The translations under genes and the position numbers were made by a program. A stretch of 64,000 bases of DNA from Massalongia carnosa. Its lineage: Eukaryota. Positions 61,930 through 64,000 of this stretch are shown here, piece after piece. Location of the stretch: contig OZ287085.1 of NCBI GenBank assembly GCA_965645245.1, positions 620,001 through 684,000 of the forward strand, written 5' to 3'. The notes under the pieces were generated by a model that made no database searches, was not told where the DNA came from, and saw only the letters and a list, made by a program, of their open reading frames with translations. Position 1 is the stretch's first letter. Each line of letters opens with the position of its first letter.

Positions 61930-64000
61930 AGCATCCTACAGTACAATGTCAGAAATGATCGCGTAAGTACTATGATACCATTACTAGCGGATTCAAATAT
62001 ACAGGACTACGATATCATAGCAATCCAGGAGCCGTGGCGCAACCCCCACGCTGCGACCACGCTCAGCCCGCATCAAAGCGGCTTTCATCTACTCTATTGG
62101 CCAGGAGGTGACACGAGAGTGTGCTTCTACATCAACGATAAAATAGATCCGGAAAGCTGGAAAGTAGAATTTCCAACCGCTGACATATGCACATTGATAT
62201 TGCACCCCCGCAAGAATGACGGAAGCCACAAGGAAATACACATTCACAACGTCTATAATCCATCACCCACCTCATATTCTTCAAGAGAAAGCCCCTCCAC
62301 CCTCCCAGATGCTCAATGCCAGCTCTCCGCCGACGCTCATCACATCTTACTCGGGGATTTTGATCTACATCATCCTTTCTGGAATGGAGCCACCAGACCC
62401 ACGCAACACGCAGCCGCGGATCAGCTGCTAGGTATAGTCGATGAAGCCAATCTGTCGCTAACCCTGCCCAATGGAACCATCACATGGGAAGCCCGAAACT
62501 CATTCAGCACAATCGATTTGGTTTTCATGTCAGAATTCCTAACAGAGAGGCTAATTCGCTGCATGTCAAGACCAGAACTCAATCAGTCATCCGACCACAT
62601 TCCGATATCCTCCCGCATCTCTTTGGAAAGTGAGACGCTAACACAGACAAAACGCAGAGCCTGGAAGCTGCTGAACATGGAAAAGTTGAGAACAGCAGAA
62701 TGCAACGCTCCCCCGATAACACTTCCTCGCACAGTGGAGGAGATTGATCGATGGACGGATAAAATACTAAAGTTCTTACATCAAATAATATCTGCGGCCG
62801 TTCCATGGGCAAGGCCTAGTGCTTATGCAAAACCATTCTGGAACGAGGACTGCAACAACGCCATGAGAGAAACACGCAGAATTCGAAAAATTTGGACAGC
62901 CTCTCGAAATATCAATGACTGGAAAACATACATGAAATCGAATGACAAAAAGCAAAAGATAATCAAGAAAGTCAAAACATTGTCATTCCGAAACGAGATC
63001 AGTAAAGCGTCTGAATCATCTCAGGGCATATGGCGGCTGGCGAAATGGGCAAAGGACAAGAGTCACAAGGCGCGCGAAACACCAAAAATGCCAACACTGA
63101 CTTTCAACAATCACAGCGCGAACACCTTCGAAGAGAAGGCTGGAATGCTGAAAGGCATCTTCTTTCCTGCTCCATCTCCGGCAGATCTACAGGACATACC
63201 CGGGTCGGTCTATCCGGCAGCCTCGGAGTGCCCCGTCTATCCGGCAGCCTCCCAGTCATAACGAAGAAAGAGGTGCTCACGAACATTCTACGCCTCAAAC
63301 CCGACACGGCTCCTGGACCGGATGGCATACCCAATAGAGTTCTCAAAGCGTGCTCTGAGACGCTGACCGAGTTGTTAACTCCTCTATTTCAGGCGTGCGT
63401 AAATCTGGGATATCACCCGCGAGCATTCAGAACAGCGCATACGATAACGCTGAAAAAGGCGGGCAAAGACAATTACGAAACGCCGAAGGCCTATCGCCCG
63501 ATAGCACTGCTGAATACGCTAGGCAAGGTGATGGAAGCCATTATGGCAAGCAAGAGCACTCACATGGCCGAAAAGCACGAGTTACTACCAGGCACCCAGA
63601 TGGGAGCAAGACGGGAAAGGTCCACCGAGTCAGCACTAGAGCTGTTAACCGAAGAGATTCACACAGTGTGGGGTCAAGGTAATGATAAAGTTGCCACGCT
63701 GCTCAGCATTAACGTGGCCGGCGCGTACGACACGGTTTCGCATCAAAGACTGATCCACAATCTACGAAGAAGAAAAATTCCACAGTAGGTCACCAACTGG
63801 ATAGAATGCTTTTTGAAATACAGATGGACCACTCTTACGATCAACCGACGAACCACCGACGATTTTGATGGGAGAACCGGAATTCCGCAAGGTTCACCCA
63901 TCTCTCCCATTCTGTATTTTTTCTACAATGTGGATTTACTAGACATATGTAACAGGCCCGGCACGAAAACGAGCGGACTCGGATTCGTCGATGACATCAA
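61930..64000 (+). pseudogene. LINE ORF2 (APE-RT), frameshifted by a short duplication near 63235
   Basis: SILQYNV, IAIQEPW, GDFDLHHP, SDH, APGPDG, YRPIALL. Confidence 0.9.

Larger units (their letters stand above)
60205..64000 (+). mobile_element. Tad1-like LINE running off the window end
   Basis: ORF1 with three CCHC knuckles, then APE and RT (GIPQGSPISPIL, GFVDD); 5' boundary approximate. Confidence 0.93.

Overview
Ascomycete-type fungal genomic DNA made almost entirely of nested transposable elements. These include Tad1-like LINEs, Tc1/mariner, two Ty3/gypsy chromoviruses (one apparently intact with identical LTRs), many solo LTRs, two TRIM families, a MITE family with 8-bp TSDs, three Helitron units and a tyrosine-recombinase (Ngaro/DIRS-type) retrotransposon. 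There is also an AcademH-like DNA transposon, with a DDE transposase convergent with a RecQ-like helicase. The only intact non-TE gene is an intronless PsiD-like/phosphatidylserine decarboxylase (26451-27908), next to and possibly inside the Academ element. The most notable observations are: (i) the Academ + PsiD-like possible cargo arrangement; (ii) an in-frame, spliceable Tc1 DNA-binding domain/RecQ helicase chimera; (iii) a 453-bp non-autonomous mini-element made only of the two ends of the YR retrotransposon, inserted antisense into its YR gene; and (iv) head-to-tail tandem Helitrons with CTCG ends. All calls come from reading the sequence and from motif knowledge; no database searches were run.
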